64,000 nucleotides of DNA, from positions 3,410,001 to 3,474,000 of the forward strand of contig CM060732.1 of the NCBI GenBank assembly GCA_030704615.1, written 5' to 3'. A program made the position numbers and the translations under genes. This document shows positions 24,823-37,029 of this stretch, piece by piece. Each line of letters starts with the position of its first letter. Within the stretch, counting starts at the first letter, position 1. The notes below the pieces were generated by a model. The model was not told where the DNA came from and made no database searches. It was given only the letters and a program-made list of their open reading frames with translations. This DNA comes from Takakia lepidozioides. Taxonomy: Eukaryota; Plantae; Bryophyta.

Positions 24823-25284
24823 TGTGATGGCCCAATCTCTCTTCATCCCTAATTTTCCTATTTCATCCGTGCGGCGATACTCATTCATCTGTATTAATTT
24901 TTGGCTTAGTGTACCATTAAACGGTTACACTCATGGTTCTAAGGCTAGGGGTTAGTTAGGATGGTGGCAACATATGGGCCATCCGCTTGATCTAAGGCTA
25001 CAAACAGGCGCCGCGGGTTCGGCTTATTGCGCCTCACTACGCGGCATGCAAGCAAGCAGCTAGGGTTTCGTATAAAGCGGTGGCCTGACACAGGTCAGGC
25101 GGCTTGGTGTACTTTGGTGTTACAGTATATGTGAATTCGTGAGCACACTGTGGATGAGAGCTCTTGTGTCAGAAAACCCCGCATTGATCCTCCTCTCGCG
25201 CACTGCTCGTCTCTTCTTGCTTGCCCCTTGTTGTTAAAAGTCGGTTCTTGAGAGGAAATGAGCATATTCTTCACGCTCGCTTTG
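24823..25284 (+). repeat. 5' LTR (starts TG; last ~10 nt apparently deleted) followed by a probable PBS (TGGTGGAGA, tRNA-Ala-like)
   Basis: Direct repeat of 30129-30597, starting tgtgatggcccaatctct. It diverges after tcgctttg into tggtggagagg. Confidence 0.85.
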
Positions 25285-28200
25285 TGGTGGAGAGGAGCCG
25301 GGTAGCATATAGATGTTTGGCCTCTGCTGACCGCTCTGACAGGCTTGTTAGGTCTTTCAAGGGATCTATGCACTAATCTCTCTTGCATTGTTGCTCATTA
25401 ATCAGTCATACTGATGGCGGCTAGCCACCTTGCAGCGTTTTCTCCTCCTGCTGCGTTTTTGCTTTCTTACTCTGCTCATTGTGTTGTGTTTGCAGGTGAG
25501 CGTAATTCTAGTTGCGTAGCTCGCAGAGAGGGGGAGAGTCTTTCCGTGCAGGTTGATTTGGTGTTGACAATTGAGACTAACCCCGCCTTGACGGTGCCTC
25601 CTGCTGTTAATCTTGCTACCACTAACCCTACTGATCGTGCGCTGCTTGGCATTGTTGCCTCGCCAGTGTCACCACTGCCTGAGTCCAACACTGATGGTCC
25701 CAGTCTTGTCGTGCATTTGAACTGATCATCTAGTCCTAGATATGATGCTGATGTGAATGAGGCAGAGGCCTGGTCACCGAGAGAGGAGAAATCTTCTAGT
25801 TCTTTAGATAGTTGTGATCCAGAATATTGTAACAATTTTTACGATCCAGGTCCTGACTACGTTTTCCCGAGAGAACAAGAAAGAGAATTTGAGAGGGACA
25901 TTGAGCGTTCTCAGGAGTATGATGAGTCGTTATGTGAGTTGCTTCCAGAAGATGTTTACTGGCTTGAGAGATTTGAGGAGTCTGTCCGGGCGGATGCTCG
26001 TCGTCTGAATAGTCATCACGAAGAGATCTTCGTGCATCCGGGAGCAAACTCTGATTTTGGCACACAGAGCGCGCTTTGCCAAACCCGAGCTGTTGTGGCC
26101 GTCAGGGACTCTTTGCGCTTGCGGCCAGAAGTTGTCAAGACTCGCCTTCTTCACCACATGCAGCTAGCCTAGGAAGCCTTCGGCTTACACCTTCCTTTGT
26201 CCATCAGTCGTGAGCCGGGCCTGTGGCACACATCAGAGCAGGTGGAAGGCTCTTGGCTGTCGCTGCTTTTCGAAGGTTCCGGTGCCTTGCCTCTACGGGC
26301 TCTTTGATTTCATACTAGGACCTGTCGGTGTAAACTCACAACCGTTGATTTGGTGGATGGTCTCACGGGGAGCAGTTTGAGTACGCACTCGTCGGACGGT
26401 TGTCATTTTCTCGGGTGCTTTGCTTTGAAGATCAAGGGATACTTTTCTCGCGTGTGGCTGATCATCTGGATAGCTTTCCCAATTCTTTGGTGCTCTCCCG
26501 GACGTGGGAGGAAAGCAGTACGACTCGGGTGGGCTTTTGGATCAAGATCACCGAGACAGTGTGGGAATGGCTCGTGTTGGCAGTCTATGGTTCCAACTTG
26601 CACAACCTGCTCAACCCTGATTTGAGCCCTGAAGGTAAGGCTGCCCTCACCAAAGATCTGTCTGAAATCAAATTAGGCACTACTCTTTCATCAGGCCAAA
26701 AGAAAAGAGTAGAGATGTTTGCAGTTGCCAAAAATCTAGATGTCTTCAGCTTGGGATCTACTGATCTGGGCGTACTCCCATCCTTCAGCATGATATTGTG
26801 ATTGAAGGACCTCCTATTAAGCAATCTCCATACCGAGAGAGTGTCAAGGAACGTGCCATAGTTCAAGATGAAATCCAGAAAATGCTAGATGCTGGTGTTA
26901 TCAAACCATCAATTTCTCCTTGGGTCAGCCCAATTGTCCTGGTTGCTAAGAAAGATGGCACTATCCGTTTTTTTTTTTTGTTGACTTCCGAAAACTAAAT
27001 GACGTCACCAAGAAGGATACCTACCTTCTACCTAGGATCAATGAGACCTTGGATCAGTTACATAGTGACACCATTTTTTCCTCTCTTGATCTTGCGTCTG
27101 GTTTTTGGCAAGTCCTCTCACTGATGCAGCCAAAGAAAAGACTTCCTTTGTGCATGGGCAAATACTAATATTATGAGACAATGCCCTTTGGTCTATGCAA
27201 TGCCACATCTACATTCCTACGCCTCATGGACATTGTCTTGGGTAATCTTTGCTGGGAGTGTGCCTTAATTTACGTGGATGATATTAATGTATACTCAGCC
27301 AGTTTTGACGCTCACTTGACTGATTTGCAGCGTGTGTTCAGCAAATTGCGCACTGCAGGGCTCAAGGTAAAACCAAAAAAGTGTGAGCTGTTTATGCCTG
27401 AGCTGTACTTTCTTGGTCATGTCCTATCCAAGGATGATTTGCTTTTTGATCCTGCTAAGCTTGAATCTGTTTGGGGCTTTCCTATTCCTAGGGTTAAACA
27501 TTGCATCAAATCCTGCCTTGGGCTGGCTCTTATCATAGGCGCTTCATCAAAAACTTTGCAAAGCTTGCTCACCCTCTAACCAAGGTCTTGTGCAAGGATG
27601 CCAGGTTTGAATGGACCTTCTCCCAGCAAGCTGCCTTTGACACCCTCCGCAAAGTCTTGTGTTCAGCACCTATCTTGATGTTTCCCAACTTTGAATTGTC
27701 TTTCATGCTTTAAACTGATGCATCAGATGTTGCTATTTTTGCAGTCTTGTGTCAAGTTGTAGAAGGCAAAGAGCATGTGATAGCCTATGCCTCCCGCCGT
27801 CTAGATCGTCATGAACGGAATTATTCCATATCTGATAAGGAGGGTCTGGCCTTGTCTTTGGTGTGAAGCATTTCAGGCAATATTTACATGGCAGCCAGTT
27901 TGTGGTGGAAACTGATCACCTCCCACTAAAAGCTCTTGTTAAGCCAAGGGAGCTTCATGTCAGACTTGCTAGATGGATTATGTACTTGCAGGAGTTCAAC
28001 ATGGATATAGTATACAAGAATGGCAAGGAAAATATAAATGCTGATGCGCTGACTCGTGTTGATCCTCCTGTTAGCAGGCCTTTGCTCACCTTGGATGACC
28101 TTGCTGCTGCTAATGCAGCCACTCCTCCTGATCCAGCTCATGTTCTCAATCTTCTTTGTGCAGATCAGCGAGCTTTGGCCTTGGATTCTCATGGCACCTT

Positions 28201-30128
28201 GGCTGTTTGGGGCTGGTCTAGCCTTCTTGATGATCCTGGTTGATTTGCTTATGTGCTAGTATGTGTGGTGGATCTATCGCTTAGAGAGAATTTGGATAGT
28301 TTGGTGGAAATTCCTTGTCCTGTTCCAGCTCTCTTTTTCCTAGGCTCCCGAGTTTGTTGTCATTCAGCTGTTGCACTCCGGTGTGACTTTGGCTTGAGCC
28401 TCAAGGCCTGATTTGGCTGTCTAATGAGGTGAAGGTATCATTGGCTGGAGATCATAGGTGCAGGCACTCCAGACCACCTTCGCTAAAACCCATTGTCTAT
28501 TTCTTATGTGCAGTGCAGTCATGGATGATCAGCTCCATGCTGCGCTACTCCAGCGATGCCAATCAGGGAGTTCGCCAGCAGGCCTTTCCGAGTCCTTACG
28601 TAAACAAATTCTCTATCATGTGTCCACTCACCGTTTCATGGGTGATAAGTTGTTCAAAGAATTCACTCGAGGGGGAGTGTCATGCTGTTTGGAGGTGCCA
28701 CCACGTAGCCAGCTGAATACTTTATTGGAACGTTTCCATTGTTCTTTGTATGCAAGTCATCTTGGTATCAAGAAAACCGTGGCCCGCATCCAAGAGGTTT
28801 ACTATTGGCTGGGGATTCATCGGGATGTCACGGAGTTCATCTCTAAGTGTGAAGATTGTTGTGCTAACATTGATCTCCCTAGGGCCCGGATCTTGTATGA
28901 GCTGTAGCCTTTGCCTGTTACCCATGTTTTTGATCGTGTTGGCATTGACTTGGTAGGACCCCTCGCACTCACATCAAAGGGTCAAAGCTACCTTTGTGTT
29001 GCTACCGACTACTTGACTAAGTGGGTAGAAGTCCGGCCTTTGTGTACCAAGACTAGTGATGTTGTAGCTCAGTTCTTCTTCAATGAGATCCTTATGCGGC
29101 ATGGATGTCCTCGGGAGATACTAACTGATCAGGGCAAGGAGTTTTGTAACCAGCTCCTTATGGTGCTTCAATTTTGATATCAAGCATTCCACCACAACCC
29201 AATACCCTCTCCAGACCAATGGCCTTACGGAGCGCTTCAACCAAACTCTTTACCGAATGTTGGAGAAAAATGGCGCTCTTACCAGGGAGTGAGATACCTT
29301 TCTTCCCCCTATTCTCTTTGCTTATCGCACCGCCGTGCATGCTAGCACTAAGAAGACTCCTTTTGAGTTGTTGTATGGTCGCAAGTATATTTCTCATTTA
29401 CATTCTACCCCTCTCATCTCTACTATTGCTGATCCGGTTGATCTTGATACCTTTGTTGAGGATCTTCATGCTCGGCATGCGGTGTCTATCCATGATGCCA
29501 AAACGAACATTGGTACGGCTCAGCTTACCCAAGCCCGCAATTTTAACAAGCGTGTCAAGTATTCTAACTTGTTTCAGGTGGGACAGACCGTGTGCATTTG
29601 GTTGCAGTATGGTAAGCATGCATGCAAATCTAAGCTCAAGATCGACGGTCCATACTTGCTCTATCAGATTTTACATGGGCGACGTGCTCTCCTTCTTCCG
29701 CAGGGGCCCAATGTTTAGGCGCATGATGAACCTGTTTCTGTCACAGATCTGGTGCACTCGGAGTTGGTCTTTGATCTTACATGCATCAACGTGGAGGGAC
29801 GCACGGTGGGGTGATGTCTTGATCTTCTTAGCTAATCTGCTTCAGCCTGATCCTCTTGTCTTCAGCGGCTTAATCTTAGCTTGCGGATTGTGACTTTTAT
29901 GGCCTTATGGCTTGCACATTCTAGGACTTAGTCTTATGATATATCACCACCTGGACTCCCTGCACGGTTTTCCTAGCAAAGGGTTTTGTCCTTTGCCCAA
30001 TTTGCAGGTGTCAGGTTTTCCCTTGGTAGGTTTTTCACCCAGCAACGGAGGGTGATTTTATCAAAACATTTACTTATATTTTACTTCGCTGAGCTCAGGA
30101 TTTTTTCGTGGGGGGTAGGCCTCACAGA

Positions 30129-30597
30129 TGTGATGGCCCAATCTCTCCTCATCCCCTAATTTTCCTATTTCATCCGTGCGGCGATACTCATTCATCCGTA
30201 TAAATTTTTGGCTTAGTGTACCGTTAAACGGTTACACTCATGGTTAGGCTGGGGTTAGTTAGGATGGTGGCAACATCTGGGCCATCCGCTTGATCTAAGG
30301 CTAGAAACAGGCGCCACGGGCTCGGCTTATTGCGCCTCGCCACGCGGCATGCAAGCAAACAACTAAGGTTTCATATAAAGCGGCGGCCTGACACAGGTCC
30401 AGCAGCCTGGTGTACTTTGGTGTTACAGTATATGTGAATTCGTGAGCACACTGTGGATGAGAGCTCTTGTGTCAAGAAACCCCGCGTTGATCCTCCTCTC
30501 GCGCACTGCTCGTCTCTTCCTGCTTGCCCCTTGTTGTTAAAAGTCGGTTCTTAAGAGGAAAGGAGCATATTCTTCACACTCGCTTTGAGGCTTCACA
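30129..30597 (+). repeat. 3' LTR (TG...CA)
   Basis: tgtgatggccc...gaggcttcaca, preceded by a G-rich tract at ~30108-30119. The flanks atgtat / atatat give only an imperfect TSD. Confidence 0.88.
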
Positions 30598-30689
30598 ATA
30601 TATCCTTAACTGTAAAATACAGTTTTGTGTACCTGTTACCATCTTCTTTCTACTTTTTTTCATGCTAAATTTGCCATTAGGCATTGGCT

Positions 30690-30860
30690 ACTTCTACAAG
30701 CCATGAAGCCTAATGTATTCAAGCATTTTGTCAAACACAAGACGTGCATCAACAATACTCCCACATAGGGCATACATGTTGATGAATGGATCATGTAGAA
30801 GGTATACACAAATACTCCTATGTGTTGTTGCTACAAGGCCTAGCACATGATAACAATTTT
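30690..30860 (-). pseudogene. PPR (PLS-type) motif remnant
   Basis: FINMYALCGSIVDARLVFDKM matches the canonical PPR motif LI.MY.KCG...A..VFD.M. It is isolated and surrounded by stops. Confidence 0.7.
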
Positions 30861-31885
30861 GAGACTTCCAAAAAGTGTCAGGTCTTTTCATCCGGAGATT
30901 TTGTTTTTTGAAAGGTAAAATAGGGAAGCATATCAAGAAACTGAACATGAATATATAGTATTTTATCGTCATAGTTTGTTACACCCACAGAGGAGATCCG
31001 GGGTGGGTGGTGGCCTCCCGGGAGTAGTACATCTTATCTGAAAGTTATTGTAGCTTTCTCTAACAAAGTACTGATGATAGGCAACATTTTGCTTACTAGA
31101 AGCATGTTGGAAAGCCATGTAAAATTCAGTCAGATCTGTCTCAGCAGATTTTAGATAGCCAAAATACATACTCATCAAAACAGACTCAGGTTTTAGAAAA
31201 CACATAGGACCAGAATGAGGGCCATTCTCAGAGTATGTCTACTCTAAACCTTAGCAGCTCTGTACATATTACTGCTGAAGACTCAGGTAACGCCTAGAGA
31301 CATCCTTCAAAAAATCTCCTTCTGTCATGTTTTAGAAATGGAATGAGCCAGAAGAAAGAGTCGTTCATGTACCAGCAGCTATTCTCTCAGACGCATTGAA
31401 ACAGAAGAGGAGTAGTTCATAAGGTACACGACAAAAGGATGACCCTCACCTGCACCCGTCCCAAAAACTTTACAACCCGACAAAATGTAAGTTAGTGAGG
31501 ATGCATGAAGTGAATCACAAGTCACCATGCATGCTATAGCTGTCCATCTTGTAAATCAAAACTACATTAGTATAACAACAGAATCCGGACACAAGACCTT
31601 AAGAGCTTGTGGTAGAGACGGCTCCGACATTGCAGCAATCTGCAAAAGGCTGGAGACCTCTATTGCAAGAAAGAAAGACAAGAGGCACAGATCTCTTGGT
31701 ACCAGGCGTACTCATGAAACAGAGTATACTCATGGAATAGTGCCACAAGGAGAAGTTGTCAGTTCAGATACAGATTGTATTGCCACCTTTTAAGTTTTTC
31801 CCTAGTTTCAAAAGAGAAGCAGCACCTTTCATGGGTTAAAAGATAGTTTAAGCTTTTAACCTTTGGGAGGAATTCCTCCAAGGAC

Positions 31886-34800
31886 GAGATTGTACTCATA
31901 AGACGTTGTTTGCCGTAGCCTTGTGGCCATTGACCCCGCGCCCAGTTTGAGCGGGAACAAAAGGGGCAGAACCTACCTCTGTCAGGGGCTGACGTTGGTA
32001 GTAAGACTTACCTCCATATAAAGAATTAATCCGGGTTTTGCAGATATCCTCTAGAAAACCCTTCACACAAGCATCAATCTACTGTGTGTGATTTGCCCAA
32101 AAACTAGGCCTCAGGAGGGCCTGGGCTTTTGGCTCAGCCTCGAGACTTTCAAAGTTGGTAAACAGGGGTACAGGCACAATTCCCTTAATAGATTTGAAGA
32201 GAGCGTCTCTTTGGTGAGAGAACCCCGGACAGTGTATCAGAAAATGAATACTGTCTTCAGATTGCCCACACAACGGGCAATTGCACTCTTCCTTTCCTCT
32301 CTGCTTCTGTTTGCTGTTCAAAGGTAGGCTTCCTGCCCTGAGTTTAAATTTCAGTCTAGTGCCGAGAGCGGGTAGACCCCTGAGGTCATCCAAGATGTCC
32401 TCCCCCATGTCACAGACTGGAAACAAGTTCAGGGAAGTTTTCTGCCTAACTTCATTTTCATCAGACAATCTCATGGCAACAGACATGGCTGAGGACACTA
32501 CAGCCTCTAAGTCAGATTTATCCAGCAGGGTCAAGACTTGCGGATCCAGGTCCAGGTCCTTGAGGATCTCTTCTAATCTCTTCTGCCAGGACTTAGCCTG
32601 TTTGACAGGGCGGTCCTGTTTCCAAGATATAGAGTCGATTAACTTAGGATATCTGGTGTTGGGCATATGTTGTAGTTGACCCCACCATCTGACCTTGAAT
32701 TCATCTCGTCGGGAGCTTAAGGACGGAATGCCAAACTCACCCCGAACAGCCACATTGGCTGTTTTGGAGCATGCTGACATACACTCCTTAAGCACCCCCA
32801 CTTGAATGGATTCTAGAGACTTAGCCTGGTTGGAGTTATCAACCCATATAGCAGATCCGTACTCCAAGGCAGGTCTAATAACGCGACAAAGCATGGTTTT
32901 CTTAACCTCAGAGTTGACCCCTCTGCAGTGGAAAAATTTAGTGAGCCCCAGAGCTTTGCCCTTGCCAGTTTGAACAACTTTCCGGATATGTGCATCCCAA
33001 TTACAATTGGAGGAGAACTCAACGCCCAGGTAAGTGTAGGAAGGGAGGACCGGGATCTCTTGGCTACCCCACTGCCACTTAAGATCACTTCCTCCCTCTC
33101 CTCTGTCGTTGAATGCTACCACTGCACATTTGCTGACGTTAGCCTCTAGCCCCCAAAGATCAAAGTATCTCTTCGCGCAATCAATCAACTCCTGGAGATT
33201 GGTTGGAGTCTACCCTATGCCTGCGAAGTCATCCGCAAACATAAGGGCTGGTATGGTGGTATCACCCACCCTTAACCCAAATCCCTCACTTTCCAAATCC
33301 TCGAGGAGTTGATTGATGAAAACATTGAAGAGCAGAGGGGAGAGAGTACATCCTTGAGCTACACCTTGGTCTATGTCAAAGAAGTTGGACTTCTGTCCGT
33401 TAACAGTGACACAGCTTTTGGTGTGAGCATACAAGTTGTGGACAACTCTCCACATCTTTCCCTTGATCCCACAAGACCAGAGGCGGAACCATAGGCCATC
33501 TCTCCACACTGTGTCATAAGCCTTTTTGACATCCAGGAAAAAGACATAAGTGGGTTTCCCTTCTTTTTTCCTTCCCTGGATAATCTGGCTTAGAGTGAAG
33601 ATATGATCCACACAGCCCCTGTTTCGCCGAAAGCCAGCTTGGCCTTCATGGAAACAACCTCAAGACTCCAGATCAACCTCGAGACGAGTACTTATAACTC
33701 TGCAGAATGTCTTGCCAACAGCATTGAGGAGCGTGATGCCACGGTAGTTCCCCGGTTCTTCTCTGTCACCCTTCTTGTATAGATTGACAATGACCCCCTG
33801 TCGCCAGCGAAAGGGGATCATTTCAGTCTTCCAGATAAGGTTAAAGAGGAGAACTAGGGCCTCTATCGTGGGATCGCCACCGTGCTTGATAAGCTCGTTG
33901 ACAATACCATCAGGTCCACCAGCTTTATATCCATTTAAATGTTCAATTGCTTCCACAGTCTCAGAAGAACTAATGGGAGCATTATAAGCCATTGAAATAT
34001 AGGGCTGTTTTGAATCATAGGAACAGTTTTTCCAACTGTGTCCCTCCATTCAGCAGAAGACCCCTCACTGTTAGCCCTAGAAGTTCTGCCAAGGATACTG
34101 TAGTGAGTTTCAAAGGTTTTGACAATGTCAACCGATGAAGTCACCACTGCACCTTTAGTAGTCTTCAGCGCTTGTACTTGCTGACCGTTTTTCGGTTTGT
34201 ACAAACGTTGAAGGGCCAACCAGAATTTCTTGTCATTACCACCATGGTGGTTTGAGTTTATTTCACTGTATAACTTGTCCCAGTATAATTTCTTCTGAGA
34301 CCTAACAAGCTGATTGATATCTTTACGGAACTGGTAGTACCTCGCCCACAATTCTCTGTTGGATTCCAAATTGCAGCACTCTTTATAGAGGGCTCGTCTC
34401 TCAGCTATCTTGAGTTTAATCTCATTAGTCCACCAATTAACTGCTCTACCGCAGACAATTAGTTTCCTCCCAATGATCTTGTCAGCCACGGAGGAAACGA
34501 AACTCTCCCAAGAGTCCACTGCTCTTTCGACTTCATTTCTTGCGTTAACAGAGTGTGACTGAAGTTCTTGGAGCGATTGGGCAAAATGAGGGAGAGCCTC
34601 TTGCAAGGCCTGGACGTACTCAGCCTTGACCTCCTCATTGTGGAATTTTTCTATGCGCCACTTCCGAATCGAACGTTTCACAGATCTCTTGGTGGTGGGA
34701 AAACACCTTTTGATCTCAGTCCAAACCAGGAAGTGGTCAGAGGTACCAATATCAGTTCTGTTGATCAACACATTGGCACACTGGGGGAACAAAATTTTGT

Positions 34801-36745
34801 CCATTATGATATAGTCCACAATGGAACGTTCCCCAGTTTGGGGTTTCTCACGAGTCCACTGCACTTGGTCACCTCTTGTCCTGTTATTCAAGGTCAAAAG
34901 CTGAAGCTCTTCTAGACAGTTAATTAACCGTCTGCCATTAGAATTCAGCTCGTCCTCACCAAAAGGTCCAATGATATCGTCCTGATGGATCCCTTTGCCC
35001 ACCCGGGCATTGAAGTCCCCCAATAGTACCACTTGACCTTTGGCAAGGAACGAAGCACAGTCCAGCTTTACATCTTCGAAGGCCTTGTCTGCGTCAGCAC
35101 TAAGGGTCCCCTCTGTGGGCATGTAAACACAACCAACAAAGAGGTCCTTTGTACTCATGCCGCCCTTCAAATTCAGTTTTAGCCAGATACTATGCTCGTA
35201 CCTCAAACCCTTGTTGATAATTTCACAATTGTCAAACAAGAAATCACGGACAAAGAATCCGACCCCTTTTTGGCCGCGTTTGGCAGAGGCTGCCTTGAGA
35301 GTACACATCTTACCTGCCCATTTATAACCAATGACATCTCCAACCAGTTTATCCGACGTTTCCCATGTTTCTTGCCTAGCACAGATATGAATATCATTAG
35401 TCCGAAGAACTTGTCCCACTTCAAGTTGTTTCCTTTGGTTGGTCAACCCTGAGAAGTTGAAAGTGGCCAGCCGCAAGCCAGCCCTTTGCGTGTGAATTGT
35501 TTGTCGTCTAGGTAGCTTGTGATTGCTCCTGGACGGCCAACCGTTCTGCAAAGGGGGGACAGTTACCCCATGTGTAGATTTTGCTCGTCTTGTGTAAACT
35601 TTGAGAATTGGTAAACCATTCAGGGTACCAAATCTTTCAGTTACACGACGCACAGGCTCCACCACATAGGGGCAGATTGTCCGTCAGACTGCTTGGGGAC
35701 AATTACCCCGTGTATAGATTTTGCTCGTCTTGTATAGACTTTGAGGATTGGTAAACCATTTAGAGTACCAAATCCTTCAGTTACACGACGTTCAGGCTCT
35801 GCACACTTAGGGACAGATTGTCCATCTGACGGCTTGGGGACAATTACCCCGTGTATAGAATTTGTTCGTCTTGTGTAAGCCTTGAGGATTGGTAAACCAT
35901 TCAGAGTACCAAATCCTTCAGATTCAGGACGTTCAGGTTCCGTACACTTAGGGGCATCTTGTCCTTCTGGCTGTATGGATTCAACCTCATCCAGAGCATC
36001 AAACCGATTAGAAACTCTCAAGTTGAAGTTGTTGCCCTTGGTTGTCTTCCTAGAGCGCCCCATTGAATCACCAATGTCTAAGACCGCTCTCCAGCCAGTC
36101 AAGGGACGAACTTCTTTGAGATTGAATTGATGCGGGACTCTATTAGAAGCACTTTTGGTCATTGCAACCTTCAACGTACCCCTGTTATCAAGTCTCGAGA
36201 TGGTACCATTAGCCATGAAATCCAAGCCTAAGCTAGAGCATGTAGTTTTAAAGGACACATCGTCCATCCCGGGATTCACCCCAAAAACTACACATGAAGC
36301 CCTAGATTTGGCAGAAGTAACCAATTCCCAGGGATCACCCTGAGGAGTGTTGATGTTGATAGGAGCTAAATTTTTGATTGTTTTCGCAGGCCATAAGTTT
36401 AAGCACAGGAACCAACCCGAGCCCAAGTGCCGAGTATGCCAGACAGAGCATACGACTGCCCAATTTGGGCGGAGGGGCTGCCCCCAAGCGGTAGGAGTCC
36501 GCTTGTTACCATTCAGAGATCACACTCCAGGGAGTTGCAGGGAATGGCCCGTGTAGGCATATTCTAAAGAGGGAAAGGCCCCAAGCTTTGCAACTAAATC
36601 CAATGCACTACCTTACCTGAAGCAAAGCGCTTCAGGTCGAAACAAACAAGGACACGAGGTCACAAGGCCGGCATTTAGTCACATAGACATTAATGTACTC
36701 CCGTTTCAAGTCCACCCAATGTCAATAGGCTTCCTAGAGGACAGG

Positions 36746-36748
<3 letters not shown>
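31886..36748 (-). mobile_element. Near full-length non-LTR retrotransposon (LINE, RTE-X-like architecture): N-terminal region + 3x47-aa repeats + APE endonuclease + RT + C-terminal Zn finger; inactivated
   Basis: APE motifs QETW, LLGDFNAR, SIVDYI and SDHFLVW. RT motifs GPDG, NYRGITLL, FLDVKKAYD, GVAQGCTLSPLLF and FADD. Zn finger CPLC..EDSIHFLIHC. Frameshifts near 35665 and 34000 and in-frame stops at 33660, 33210 and 32079. The 5' end abuts a (TC)n tract. Confidence 0.95.

Positions 36749-36793
<45 letters not shown>
36749..36793. repeat. (GA)n/(TC)n microsatellite directly flanking the LINE 5' end
   Basis: Direct reading. Confidence 0.95.
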
Positions 36794-36800
<7 letters not shown>

Positions 36801-37029
36801 AGGGTTTTTTTCCCTTTCCCGCTCGTCCTTGAATTTCTGTTCTTTTAATCTTTTCTGTTGTTCAGAGTGGGTAATCAGGGGTTTGGCCCCTCCTCCAATT
36901 GCAAAAGAAAAAAGACGAGAAGTGGGGGGGCTCCGACCAGTCACCAGTTATCTCCTTCAGACAATCTAATAAAATAATTCAGTGATCCTACGACTTGGCT
37001 GAACCAGAGGAAGTGGGCTACCTCGAAGA

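Larger units (their letters stand above)
24823..30597 (+). mobile_element. Ty3/gypsy LTR retrotransposon with both LTRs and a degenerate pol (RT-RNaseH-integrase)
   Basis: RT motifs SPWVSPIVLVAKKDG, MPFGLCNA and IYVDD. RNase H motifs TDAS and HFRQYLHGSQFVVETDH. Integrase motifs H..HLG..KT..YYW..C..C, VGIDLVGPL and ILTDQGKEF. Many stops and frameshifts. No recognisable gag or protease in 25300-26750. Confidence 0.93.

Noticed and set aside
29174-29893. 239-aa hydrophobic ORF as an env-like gene
   Set aside because: It overlaps the integrase C-terminal region in an alternative frame, so it is a shadow ORF.
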